A stretch of 64,000 nt of DNA from positions 1-64,000 of IMG/VR virus record IMGVR_UViG_3300047471_000162; one strand, 5' to 3'. Below, in pieces: positions 41,977 to 52,432 of this stretch. The translations under genes were made by a program, and so were the position numbers. Source of the DNA: a virus. Each line of letters opens with the position of its first letter. The first letter of the stretch is position 1. The notes under the pieces were generated by a model. It saw only the letters and a list, made by a program, of their open reading frames with translations. It had not been told where the DNA came from and did no database searches.

Positions 41977-44900
41977 ATGCCAATTACTCCTCCAACAATT
42001 GGACAGCTAAATTGGGGCCCTCCCCTTAATGCAGCTCTAGAAACTTTAGATACTGAAGCCACAGGGGCTGTAACAATTGCAAATGCCTATACAGATAGTT
42101 CTATTCTCACTGAGATAACCAGAGCTAACACAGCGTACTTGGCCAAGACATCTAATTTGTCAGATCTTAGTAACGTTGCTAGTGCTCGAAGTAACTTGGG
42201 GTTGGGAAATTCGGCCACTAGAAATGTAGGAACTACTGCGGGCACTGTAGCTGCTGGAGATGACTCACGTCTTACTGGAACTCTTCTAGCTGCTAATAAT
42301 TTAAGTGATTTAAATAACGCTACAACTGCCAGAACTAACTTGGGCTTAGGTAATGCTTCCACGCAAAATGTAGGCACTACATCTGGAACTGTTGCAGCCG
42401 GAGATGATTCCAGAATCACAGGAGCTGAGCAGGCAGCAAATAAGGGAGCGGCCAGTGGCTACGCTCCCTTGGACTCTGGATCTCTACTACCTACTGCTAA
42501 TCTTCCTTCAGTACCCTATGCGAAGCTTCCTGTCGGTACTGCGGTAAACACTGTGGCCGCTGGCAATGATTCTCGTATTACTGGCGCGCTACAATCAGGT
42601 GCAGCAGCAGGCGGAGACTTAACAGGAACTCTCCCTAATCCAACCTTGACTGCTTCTTCAAATGTAGAATCAATTATCAGAGCTAATCGACTTGATCAGT
42701 TTGCAGCACCCACTGCTAACATCTCTATGAATAGCAATAAGATTACTAGCCTAACTAACGGTAGTTCCTCTAGCGATGCTGCGGCGTTCGGTCAAATACC
42801 TACTACTCTACCACCCAACGGTTCTGCTGGCGGTGACCTTTCAGGTACTTACCCCAACCCCACCGTAGCGAAGCTTAACGGGGTCTCTGCGGCTGGAACT
42901 CCGACCAGTGGTCAGGTTCTTACTGCTACCTCCGGATCGGCCGCTACGTGGCAATCTCCGGCTTCTACGCTACCTCCTAGCGGAGCTGCAGGTGGAGATT
43001 TGACAGGTACTTACCCTAACCCAACATTATCCGCTACAACGAATGTAAATAATATCGTCAGAGCCAATAGGCTAGATCAAATGGCTGCCCCAACTGCTGC
43101 GGTATCTCTTAACAGTCAGAAGATTACAGGACTAGCCAACGGGACTGTATCTACAGACGCGGCAGCATTCGGCCAGATACCTACTACTCTTCCACCATCG
43201 GGTTCAGCAGGAGGGGACTTAATAGGTACGTATCCAAATCCTACATTAAGTGCTACATCTAATGTTGAAACAATAATTCGCGCTAATAGTCTAGATCAAT
43301 TTGCTGTACCAGCTGCGGATATCTCTTTGAACTCCCATAAGATAACTAATCTAACAGCGGGAGTTGCAGGAACTGATGCAGCTAATGTAGGTCAATTACC
43401 AACTACCCTGCCACCGAATGGTTCGGCAGGTGGAGATCTTACAGGAACTTATCCTAACCCTACACTTGCTGCCACCTCCAATGTTGAAACTATTATTCGC
43501 GCCAATAGATTAGATCAGTTTGCGGCACCTAATGTTGATGTACCATTTAATGCTAAGAAGATAACTAATCTAGCTAATGGTATTGCCGGAACTGATGCGG
43601 CAACAGTAGGACAGCTTCCTACTACTCTTCCACCGAATGGCACAGCTGGTGGAGATTTAATAGGTACATACCCAAATCCAACACTGAATGCTACGTCTAA
43701 CGTCAACACAATTATTCGTGCTAATAGACTTGATCAAATGGCAGTACCCACTGCGTCAGTTAGTGTGAATAGCCAGAAGATAACTAGCTTGGCCAATGGC
43801 ACAGTAAGTACAGACGCTGCTGCCTTTGGACAAATTCCAACCACACTTCCTCCTACAGGAACCGCTGGAGGAGATCTATCTGGGACATATCCTAATCCTA
43901 CTGTGGCAAAGATCAATGGTATTACCCCTTCTGGAACCCCTGCTGTAGGTCAGGTTCTTACTGCCACTGGTCCTGCTACCGCTTCCTGGCAAACACCACC
44001 TACAGCACAGTTCTATACGCCACACAAGTTAGCTATTTTCTATGGTGTTCCTCAGGGTGTTAACAGCATCTTTGATGATAATCAAGCGGCGCAGATATTC
44101 AGCAAGTATGACTATGTAGTATTTGGGGCTGGACTAGAAGACCCTGGTAATGCGTATCATGCCTCAACAATTAACATCATAAATATTATGAAGGGTCTCA
44201 ACCCTATTGTTAAGGTATTCGGTTATATAGATATTGGAGTAACCACAGGAAACTACACTATTCCACAAATGGAAACCTTTGTGGATCAATGGGTAGCTAC
44301 GGGTATCGATGGAATCTTCTTTGACGTTGCTGGCTATGACTTTCAAGTTCCACGTTCTCGTCTGAATACTATGGTTGACTATGTGCATACTAAGAATATG
44401 GGTGCCTTTGTTAATGCATTCAATCCCGATGATGTAATGAGTTCTGCTGTAGATCCAACCTATAATCCCTCAGGTACTCCCACAAAGATGGACTTTAGAG
44501 ATTTCTATCTTCTAGAATCCTGGGTATGTAATACTGACGCGTATACTGGTAATAATGGCTTCGCCATTATGTTTGATATCAAGACTAGAGCAGATAAGGC
44601 TAGAGCCTATAGAAATACTCTAGGTGTTCGTATTATGTCTACGAATATTGTTAATGTAACTTCTACATCCCGAGTTGATACTGAGCGATTCTTTAAGATG
44701 GTTGAAGGTATGGCTATTATATTCGGGATAGACGGATATGGAATAGCCCCTTCTAGCTATGGTTCTTTTGGGCCTGATGCACAGAAGTGGAATCTAACTC
44801 CACAGTACTCTACTAACTTTCCTAGACTATTCTCACCTTATGCACCCTATACAATAAATGGTTCATTCACTGAAGTAACTAGATGGGATACAGGAGTCAC

Positions 44901-45135
44901 TGTCCACCTGGATTATCTAACCTCAACATACTTCTATCTATTCCCGGAGAATGTGCACGGAGATATTTCGATAGATGGTCAGTTGGCGCATACTGGAAAT
45001 ACTGTAGGATTCTATAATGCAGCACCTGTAGTCAAGCCAACAATTACAGGGGCTAAGGGTGGTAATGCTGCTCTTGCTTCATTGCTTACTCAATTAGTAA
45101 CTCTTGGTCTAATCGTAGACACTACTACTGCCTAA
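41977..45135 (+). CDS. Fibre protein with roughly 70-aa repeats and a C-terminal glycoside-hydrolase-like TIM barrel
   Basis: Same repeats as 32090-34993; KVFGYID.G...W...GIDGIFFD..GYD. Confidence 0.8.
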   Translation: MPITPPTIGQLNWGPPLNAALETLDTEATGAVTIANAYTDSSILTEITRANTAYLAKTSNLSDLSNVASARSNLGLGNSATRNVGTTAGTVAAGDDSRLTGTLLAANNLSDLNNATTARTNLGLGNASTQNVGTTSGTVAAGDDSRITGAEQAANKGAASGYAPLDSGSLLPTANLPSVPYAKLPVGTAVNTVAAGNDSRITGALQSGAAAGGDLTGTLPNPTLTASSNVESIIRANRLDQFAAPTANISMNSNKITSLTNGSSSSDAAAFGQIPTTLPPNGSAGGDLSGTYPNPTVAKLNGVSAAGTPTSGQVLTATSGSAATWQSPASTLPPSGAAGGDLTGTYPNPTLSATTNVNNIVRANRLDQMAAPTAAVSLNSQKITGLANGTVSTDAAAFGQIPTTLPPSGSAGGDLIGTYPNPTLSATSNVETIIRANSLDQFAVPAADISLNSHKITNLTAGVAGTDAANVGQLPTTLPPNGSAGGDLTGTYPNPTLAATSNVETIIRANRLDQFAAPNVDVPFNAKKITNLANGIAGTDAATVGQLPTTLPPNGTAGGDLIGTYPNPTLNATSNVNTIIRANRLDQMAVPTASVSVNSQKITSLANGTVSTDAAAFGQIPTTLPPTGTAGGDLSGTYPNPTVAKINGITPSGTPAVGQVLTATGPATASWQTPPTAQFYTPHKLAIFYGVPQGVNSIFDDNQAAQIFSKYDYVVFGAGLEDPGNAYHASTINIINIMKGLNPIVKVFGYIDIGVTTGNYTIPQMETFVDQWVATGIDGIFFDVAGYDFQVPRSRLNTMVDYVHTKNMGAFVNAFNPDDVMSSAVDPTYNPSGTPTKMDFRDFYLLESWVCNTDAYTGNNGFAIMFDIKTRADKARAYRNTLGVRIMSTNIVNVTSTSRVDTERFFKMVEGMAIIFGIDGYGIAPSSYGSFGPDAQKWNLTPQYSTNFPRLFSPYAPYTINGSFTEVTRWDTGVTVHLDYLTSTYFYLFPENVHGDISIDGQLAHTGNTVGFYNAAPVVKPTITGAKGGNAALASLLTQLVTLGLIVDTTTA

Positions 45136-45153
45136 TTTGAAAGGAGGCACCAT

Positions 45154-45771
45154 ATGTTTATCTTCAACGAAGATAGAGCCATGATGGATAAATTTCAGAA
45201 CCTGGTAGTACAAGATGTTAATGCACCTGATACTGGTAGACCAGTAGAAGTTTTATGGTTGGATGCAGATGTTGAATTGGCTAACCTTACTTTCCCCAGC
45301 ATAGTAATTTCTAATACTGGAATTACCTATGCCGGGGAAAGAGCACACGCAGGCTGGTTCCAATTACAGTATGCTCCTGAAGGATTTAATAGATGGGGTA
45401 CTGACATGACTGATGTTACACAGTCCCCATACTACGCACAAACACCTATCCCATATAATATTAATTATCAGATAGAAGTTTTAGCAAGAAATAATAAGCA
45501 CGCAACATTTCTCACTTCAGTATTATCAGGTCCAGATTTTCTACATGCACGTTATGGATATCTATCTATTCCAGAAGACGGAACTGTTAGACGAATGGAT
45601 CTAACGTCTGGTCCGGAACGCCAGAGTATTCATGATGGTGATGGTAAGAGATTGTTCCATTCGGTGTATTCTATAAACGTATCCACTGAGCTTCTACCTC
45701 CTGAGATAGAGTCTTACAGTAAGGTTCACACTGTTGTTAAAGATATATCTCTACTTCCTCCAACCATCTAA
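45154..45771 (+). CDS. Tail completion or terminator-like protein
   Basis: Immediately upstream of sheath; P.PYNINYQIEV. Confidence 0.6.
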   Translation: MFIFNEDRAMMDKFQNLVVQDVNAPDTGRPVEVLWLDADVELANLTFPSIVISNTGITYAGERAHAGWFQLQYAPEGFNRWGTDMTDVTQSPYYAQTPIPYNINYQIEVLARNNKHATFLTSVLSGPDFLHARYGYLSIPEDGTVRRMDLTSGPERQSIHDGDGKRLFHSVYSINVSTELLPPEIESYSKVHTVVKDISLLPPTI

Positions 45772-45793
45772 CTATTCATCCAGGAGATAATAA

Positions 45794-47698
45794 ATGGTTT
45801 ACCAGAGACCTGGCGTATATGTTAATACGTCATTGACTCCGCTGACTACTGGGACAACAAGTCCTGGTCAGTCCACAGCGGCATTTGTAGGTGTGCACAC
45901 ACAGGGACCTACTATTCCTACGCTAATCACTAGCTGGAATCAATTTAATACTTTATATGGTGGCTTCGGTAACGGCCAGAATCTATTACCGTTTGCTGTA
46001 TGGCAGTACTTTGCCAATAATGGTAATCAATGTTATGTAGTAAGAGCCACAGGCTCTGACGCTGTAGCCGCTGTAGAGACTGTCAACGACAGAGAAGTTG
46101 GTGCTGGAGGTATTCTTCCACCTACTAACGTAGCTGCCACTCCTGGTGGATCTACAACCCCTTCCCAGCTATATGGGTATACCGTTACAGCAGTTAACGT
46201 CAATGGTGAGACTAATGGTGGAATCGAAGCTACAGTTACTGCTAACTCCACACTTACTTCTGTAAATAACGTAGTAATTACATGGACTCCAGTAACGGGT
46301 GCAACTGGCTATCGCATCTACCGTAGAAATCTAACCCTCTCCGGTCCTCAGCCTACTCCTTTACTATTAACTTCTGTAGTGGGGCAGTCCACAGCTACAT
46401 TCACTGACACTGGTGCATTCACTCCTGTTGGCCCTATTCCTCTTTACAACAGCACAGGTGCTCCTGTTCCTATCCTTAAGCTGACAGCTTCTGCTGTAGG
46501 AGTTTGGGGTAATCAAATCTATGTGGACATCACTGATAGCACTCTAGGCGCCGGACGCGTATCACTAACCGTTCGTTACGGTGGTACCTCAGATTCAAAT
46601 ATCGTAGAACGCTTTGTCGATGTAACTATGAATAGAACAGATCCACGCTACTTAGTAGCTATGATTAACTCTTCTATACTAGGTTCGAAGTACATTCGTG
46701 CTACTGATCTAGGAACATATGTAACATGGACTACTGCGCAGACTCCACAGACCCAATCCGGCGTAGCACTAACCGGTGGTTCTGATGGTGTTGCAACTCC
46801 TAACCTTGTTAGTGCAGTGCAGACACTATCTACGGTCCAGGGAAATATAGACCTGAACCTTCCAGGTATTACTAGCTCTACAACTCTGAATCAAATAATT
46901 ACATTTGTTACAGCTAATCCAAGTCTATTCTTAGTAGTCGACACACCGCCTGCCATCATAGGTTCTGATGGTGTAACACCTAATGAATCCGCAACCGTTA
47001 ATAGTTACCTATCCATGGTTATCGGAAATACTCAGTTGACACCGAATGCTCAGACTGCAATCTATGGCCCATGGCTACAGGTGGCTGATCCTATTTCGAC
47101 AGTGCCAGGAGCTACTAGAACTCTTCCCCCTGGTGGAGCAGTACTAGGTCTTTACTCTCAGACAGACGCTAGAGTTGGAGTACAGAAGGCCCCTGCTGGG
47201 GTTAATATTCCTCTACAGCGTGTAGTTAATGTTGAGCTTCCATTCCAGAATAGTAACTTGGATGTACTAAACACTAACTCTATTAATGTCAATAGATCTG
47301 TTCCAGGTTATGGTTTCTGTGTTATGGGGACTAGAACTCTTCTAACAAGCCTGCCAAGTCGTTATGTAAATATTCAGAGAACACTGAGAAGCATTCAGTT
47401 CAATCTAACAGGACTTACTCAGTTCGCAGTATTCGAGAACAACAATGAGAATCTTTGGTCCCGCTTGACCGCAGTAGTTAAGCAGTATCTACAAGGTATC
47501 TGGCAGCAGGGTGTTCTACAGGGCGACACAGCAGATCAGGCTTTCTTTGTGCAGTGTGACGGTCAGAATAATACCGCTACAACTATTGCTGCTGGTGAAG
47601 TACATGTCAAGGTTGGTCTTGCCTTAAATACTCCTGCCGAATTTGTTGTTATCGACATTAATCAAATGTCCAGCAACTCTACAACAGTAACCGCGTAA
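45794..47698 (+). CDS. Tail sheath protein
   Basis: YQRPGVYV, F.NGG..CYVVR, KAPAG, G.RTL, YVN..R, FE.N, PAEFV. Confidence 0.95.
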   Translation: MVYQRPGVYVNTSLTPLTTGTTSPGQSTAAFVGVHTQGPTIPTLITSWNQFNTLYGGFGNGQNLLPFAVWQYFANNGNQCYVVRATGSDAVAAVETVNDREVGAGGILPPTNVAATPGGSTTPSQLYGYTVTAVNVNGETNGGIEATVTANSTLTSVNNVVITWTPVTGATGYRIYRRNLTLSGPQPTPLLLTSVVGQSTATFTDTGAFTPVGPIPLYNSTGAPVPILKLTASAVGVWGNQIYVDITDSTLGAGRVSLTVRYGGTSDSNIVERFVDVTMNRTDPRYLVAMINSSILGSKYIRATDLGTYVTWTTAQTPQTQSGVALTGGSDGVATPNLVSAVQTLSTVQGNIDLNLPGITSSTTLNQIITFVTANPSLFLVVDTPPAIIGSDGVTPNESATVNSYLSMVIGNTQLTPNAQTAIYGPWLQVADPISTVPGATRTLPPGGAVLGLYSQTDARVGVQKAPAGVNIPLQRVVNVELPFQNSNLDVLNTNSINVNRSVPGYGFCVMGTRTLLTSLPSRYVNIQRTLRSIQFNLTGLTQFAVFENNNENLWSRLTAVVKQYLQGIWQQGVLQGDTADQAFFVQCDGQNNTATTIAAGEVHVKVGLALNTPAEFVVIDINQMSSNSTTVTA

Positions 47699-47711
47699 GG
47701 GGTAAGAAAAC

Positions 47712-48290
47712 ATGGCGACTACTATTGCAGCTCCAATCGCTAAGGCGAGTCCATCTATTGCCCACTTGGCAACAGATCCTCTACGAAATTTTAAATTCAA
47801 TGTAAATATTGTTCATCCACATATCCAGGGCTTTGCTACTATGGGCTTTATGACAGTCTCTGGATTAAACATCACTACGGAAGTTATTCCATACCGTGAA
47901 GGTGGAATGAACACGACAACTCAGAAGATGCCTGGGCAGAGTGACTTCGCACCCATCACCCTATCACAAGGAGTGGCTGTAGGAGAAGGACCAATGTGGG
48001 CATGGGTACAGGAACTCTTCACCGTTCAGCAGGGAACAGGAACAGGAAGTCCTGGTCAGGACTTCCGAGCAACTGTTGACATCATGGTTTTGGATCACCC
48101 AGTCACTACTTCACAGGTTCCAGTCAAGGCTATCTACCGTGTGTACAACGCATGGATTACTTCCATGGCTTTCTCTGACCTAGATGCCGGAGCTAATGCA
48201 GTTCTTATGCAGCAGATTTCTCTAGCTCATGAGGGCTTTGATTATAAGCTAGCAACGTCTACAGGTCTTAGTGGTGTAAACTTTAGCTAA
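47712..48290 (+). CDS. Tail tube protein (T4 gp19-like)
   Basis: DPLRNFKF...SGL...YREGG...PG...ITL..G...NAW...DLDA. Confidence 0.92.
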   Translation: MATTIAAPIAKASPSIAHLATDPLRNFKFNVNIVHPHIQGFATMGFMTVSGLNITTEVIPYREGGMNTTTQKMPGQSDFAPITLSQGVAVGEGPMWAWVQELFTVQQGTGTGSPGQDFRATVDIMVLDHPVTTSQVPVKAIYRVYNAWITSMAFSDLDAGANAVLMQQISLAHEGFDYKLATSTGLSGVNFS

Positions 48291-48321
48291 TAGTCCGCAA
48301 TAATAAACTGGAGAATTAATC

Positions 48322-49188
48322 GTGCAATATGAGAAGCCTCAATACACCATGAGCTTTGACGATGACGAAACGGGTAATGTAGTAAAGGGCACGGAGGATC
48401 AGCTTAATGAACTGACTAAGCAAGTCCTCCGTGCTATGAACCCTGCCCCAGTCATTGATGAAATGCCGGATACATATATAAAGCTACCTGCTGGATTAAT
48501 TGTAAATGGTGAAGTCGTACAAGAAGCTGAGGTACAGGAATTAACCGGTGAACATGAAGAGCGCTTGGCTAAGGCCAAGGCTTCTAATAACGCAGCCAAG
48601 TATGTCAATACCCTTCTCCAGTGTGGAGTAGTTTCTATCGGTGAGACAAAGGTTACCCAAAAGATTCTTGACTCCCTTATCCAAGGGGATCTAGATACTC
48701 TTCTCATGGGAATTCGTAGAGCCACCTTTGGTGAAGACTTTCAGGTTGATGGAGTTCCCTGCCCACAGTGTGGGGAATTCAATGACCTTGTTCTGAATCT
48801 ATCTGATATTCCTATAAAGGAACTAGAAGATCCGGAAGAGAGAGAATTCTTTGTTCCCCTGCGTAGAAACCGTAAGGCTAAGGTTCAATTCCCTACCGGT
48901 GATGTGCAGAATGAAATCTTTAAGAAGCAGTTAAGTGTTCCAGAGATGAACTCTGTTACTCTAGCCTATTGTGTTATCTCCTTCATTGACTCCAATGGTA
49001 AGGAGAAGATGAGCTCAGGATTAGCAGATGTAAAGAAGTTAGGTCTCGCGGATAGAAAAACTATCCAAGATTTTATATATGAGAACCAACCTGGACCAAG
49101 ATATGACCAGGTAACCGCAGGATGTTATTCCTGCGAAGGTGAGGTTCCTGTCCCATTAAGCGTGGGCATCCTGTTTCGAGAACTGTAA
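48322..49188 (+). CDS. Tail assembly chaperone or baseplate hub assembly protein
   Basis: GD...LLMGIRRATFG, CPQCG; between tube and tape measure. Confidence 0.75.
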   Translation: MQYEKPQYTMSFDDDETGNVVKGTEDQLNELTKQVLRAMNPAPVIDEMPDTYIKLPAGLIVNGEVVQEAEVQELTGEHEERLAKAKASNNAAKYVNTLLQCGVVSIGETKVTQKILDSLIQGDLDTLLMGIRRATFGEDFQVDGVPCPQCGEFNDLVLNLSDIPIKELEDPEEREFFVPLRRNRKAKVQFPTGDVQNEIFKKQLSVPEMNSVTLAYCVISFIDSNGKEKMSSGLADVKKLGLADRKTIQDFIYENQPGPRYDQVTAGCYSCEGEVPVPLSVGILFREL

Positions 49189-49414
49189 TTACTATAATCT
49201 TTATAATGAGTATGAACAGCTAGTAGATTCATTCGGTTGGAGTCTTAATGAATGTCGTAAGTTATCCCATAGAGAACGTAAACACTGGATAAAGCGAATT
49301 CTATTTAAGCTCGAACTAGAATATGAAAGAATGCATATAGCTAATAATTCAAATCAAGTCATCAATAGATCTGTCGGTCAGGGTGTTACTTTCAACGGAG
49401 TTCCGTATAGGTAA
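49175..49414 (+). CDS. Frameshift extension of the tail chaperone (no start codon of its own)
   Basis: +1 frame open from 49160 to 49414; encodes FGWSLNECRKLSHRERKHW. Confidence 0.7.
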   Translation, partial: FENCNYYNLYNEYEQLVDSFGWSLNECRKLSHRERKHWIKRILFKLELEYERMHIANNSNQVINRSVGQGVTFNGVPYR

Positions 49415-49450
49415 TATAATGAAGAGTAACGATCTAATCTAGGAGAGCTG

Positions 49451-52432
49451 ATGGCTGAGGAAAGCAATATCGGAGCCAGCCGCTTGCTAGGGACCAACGG
49501 TCTACAGCAGGCGGTTGATTCTTTAAGTACGCAAGTTACTAAACTCACAGAAACTGTTGGTAAAGCTGCCAACAGTTTTTCAAACATGTCCGGAGCTTCT
49601 GGTAGATCTTCCGGTGGAAGCACTACAGGTAATAATTGGAATACTACTTCCAATAGAAATAACTATTCTTCCAACGGTGGTGGGGGTTCTTTCAGCAGTA
49701 AGGTTATGAGTCTTGCTAGTACCAACGGCGGAGGAGGTAATGGTGGTGGTGGACGTTTCTCTATGTCAGGTGGTAGTGCTGCTGGGGGATCTAAGTTTGC
49801 TGGGGCTGTAGCTGTTGGTGCTGGTGTAGCTGCTGGCTTGACTAATTATGGTAATCAGAATATGTCTACCAATATGCAGATGGATATGTTTAATGCATAC
49901 TCCAATGTGGCTGGTGGTGGTAATAGTATGACCGCCAGACATATGGTATTCGATAACAATAATCTAGCCCTTGATGTCAATGATGCGGCACAGGCGGCAT
50001 ATACAAATGCCTTCACTTTTGGTAATGCGCAATTCGGTGGACAAGCTAATCCTGCTTTTCAAAGAGGTATGGCACAGACACAAGGATTTGGATACGCTAG
50101 TCCTACCTTAGGTGCCAATGCTGCTGCTCAAGCTGCACAGCAAACTTATTCCCCGCGCTCTCAGGTGATGTCTCAGGTTCTAGGACTTCGTGCACCTATC
50201 GGTCCTGGAGGAGTAAAGAACTCTATGAGCAGTATTGCTCAGTCTATTTATACTCAGACGTTTGGAAATAAGGCAGTAAGTCAAAAGGGCTTTAATGCTT
50301 CTATTTCTCAGGGTGGCTCCCTAGCTGTAAATCTACAGTATATGGGACAGCAGATGGGATGGAATCAGACAACCATTCAGGAGTATCAAAACTACCTCCA
50401 AGGGATGAACGCTGCTCAGAATAATGGTATGTCAGTTAGTCAGTATGACACTCTTAGTCAGCAGGCTTCTCAAGGAAATAAGAATGCTATCAATAAGCTA
50501 TCTCAGACTACTAGTCTTGGATCTTCTATGTTTGAGAATCAAAGAAATCTTAGTGCCTCTCGTGTAACTAGACAGAGCGATATCTTGGATACCTTAGCTC
50601 CAGCATTTGATAATGCTACGCAGAAAGTTAATGACTTCAGTAATGCACTTACCAACTTTCTAAAGACTACACATTTGGATAGCGCCGTAGGATCCGGGGG
50701 TGGTTGGGGTAGTGCCCTCTCTGGGGGCATGGGAGGGCTCTCTAGCGGCTTCGGAATGGGCTCAGGTCTCCTAACTGCTGCGCGCTTATTTAAGGGTGGT
50801 GGGGGTGGCGTTATGGGTCTTCTAGGCCGTGGCGGTGGCGGGGGTGCACTGAGTGCCGCACGCGGTATATCAGGTTTAGGCGCTGCTGGTGGGGGTGGCT
50901 TATTAGGTGGCAGCGCTATTGGTTTAGGTGCCGTGGGTACAGCCTTAGCTGGATACTTTGGATGGCAAAGCGCTACACAAAGCGGTGGAGTTGCTGATTT
51001 TATGGCCAAGCATGCTTCTGCCTTTGGAGTTTTTGGGCAAGCAGCTGGTCTAGGTCAAGGTGCACACAGATGGTATGACAAGCTAATAACTGGTAAGGAT
51101 AAGGAAAGTTTCTGGGATCTATTTGCTCCTGGCCAAGAAAAAAGAACTACAACCACTGATGGTAGAAATGGTGGAGGATCTAATGCCACCCCTGGTGGCG
51201 GAGGAGTAGGAACTTCTTCAAGTGGTGGTTCAGCTAATACAGGTACCAATGCCGCACAGATTATTAAATTTGCTGAGTCACAATTAGGTGTTCCCTATCT
51301 ATGGGGTGGAGAATCCCCCGGCAAGGGAATGGACTGTTCTGGATTAGTGCAGTGGGCTTTCGGTAAGGCTGGAGTAAAGTTACCTAGAACTTCTGAAGAG
51401 CAGCAAAAGGTAGGATCATCTGTAGCGATTAATAATACTCAGCCAGGAGATCTACTATTCGCGGGTAATCCTGCTCACCACGTAGCTATTGCTCTTGGTA
51501 ATGGGCAGCTTATTGAGGCTCCGCATTCTGGTGCTAATGTTCGTATTAGATCTTATGGTGCTTCTGAGTTTACTTCTGCATCTCGTGTGGTAAACACTAT
51601 AGGTAACACTGGTGATCTACTCAATAACAATAGCTCAGGTAATACAAATACTTTGAATAATCAGCAGAGAACATCTGGCGGTAATATTGGTGCCTATGCT
51701 GGAACTAGTGAAGCCGCTGCTATTGCTTCTGCTCTTGCGGGATCTATTGCAAGTATGCCTATCTCTTCAGGATCTAAGTCAGCTGGTGGAACTAGTGGAA
51801 CAACTCCAGTAGGCTCTAATCCACAGGGTAATGGTCAGAATGATCAAGCATCATTGCAAGCATATGCCAAGCAGTTACTATCACAGTATGGCTGGGGAGA
51901 TCAGTGGAATTCTTTTAATGCTCTTGTTATGTCTGAGTCCAGCTGGGATGTTCATGCAAAGAATTCTTCGTCTGGAGCTTATGGTTTAGCTCAAGCACTT
52001 CCTGCAAGTAAGTATGGTTCTGCTGGCAGTGACTGGCAGTCCAATGGAGATACACAGCTTCAATGGATGATGGGATATATCAAGGAACGTTATACCAATC
52101 CTAATAACGCCTGGTCATTCCACCAGAAGAATAACTGGTATGACACAGGCGCTTGGAGTATTGATAAGGATCAGAAGGCTGTAGTCCACCAGGGAGAAAT
52201 GATTATTCCGGCGCAGCAGGCAGAGACTATCCGTCAAGTGCTTTTGAATAATTCATTCAACCCAAATAATAATAAGAGTAATTCTGGGCATGGACTTGTT
52301 ATTAGTAATATATCTGTACAGATGCCTAATGGATATTCTGGCTCCGCACAAGAAGCGAAGATGACTGGTAAGATGGTCGTTGACGCTATTGTTAGTGATA
52401 CTCGAATCAAGAATTTGCAGAAGGGACAGTAA
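49451..52432 (+). CDS. Tape measure protein with NlpC/P60 and lytic transglycosylase domains
   Basis: GVPYLWGG...DCSGL...HHV; ESSW...AKN.SSGAYGLAQAL. Confidence 0.9.
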   Translation: MAEESNIGASRLLGTNGLQQAVDSLSTQVTKLTETVGKAANSFSNMSGASGRSSGGSTTGNNWNTTSNRNNYSSNGGGGSFSSKVMSLASTNGGGGNGGGGRFSMSGGSAAGGSKFAGAVAVGAGVAAGLTNYGNQNMSTNMQMDMFNAYSNVAGGGNSMTARHMVFDNNNLALDVNDAAQAAYTNAFTFGNAQFGGQANPAFQRGMAQTQGFGYASPTLGANAAAQAAQQTYSPRSQVMSQVLGLRAPIGPGGVKNSMSSIAQSIYTQTFGNKAVSQKGFNASISQGGSLAVNLQYMGQQMGWNQTTIQEYQNYLQGMNAAQNNGMSVSQYDTLSQQASQGNKNAINKLSQTTSLGSSMFENQRNLSASRVTRQSDILDTLAPAFDNATQKVNDFSNALTNFLKTTHLDSAVGSGGGWGSALSGGMGGLSSGFGMGSGLLTAARLFKGGGGGVMGLLGRGGGGGALSAARGISGLGAAGGGGLLGGSAIGLGAVGTALAGYFGWQSATQSGGVADFMAKHASAFGVFGQAAGLGQGAHRWYDKLITGKDKESFWDLFAPGQEKRTTTTDGRNGGGSNATPGGGGVGTSSSGGSANTGTNAAQIIKFAESQLGVPYLWGGESPGKGMDCSGLVQWAFGKAGVKLPRTSEEQQKVGSSVAINNTQPGDLLFAGNPAHHVAIALGNGQLIEAPHSGANVRIRSYGASEFTSASRVVNTIGNTGDLLNNNSSGNTNTLNNQQRTSGGNIGAYAGTSEAAAIASALAGSIASMPISSGSKSAGGTSGTTPVGSNPQGNGQNDQASLQAYAKQLLSQYGWGDQWNSFNALVMSESSWDVHAKNSSSGAYGLAQALPASKYGSAGSDWQSNGDTQLQWMMGYIKERYTNPNNAWSFHQKNNWYDTGAWSIDKDQKAVVHQGEMIIPAQQAETIRQVLLNNSFNPNNNKSNSGHGLVISNISVQMPNGYSGSAQEAKMTGKMVVDAIVSDTRIKNLQKGQ

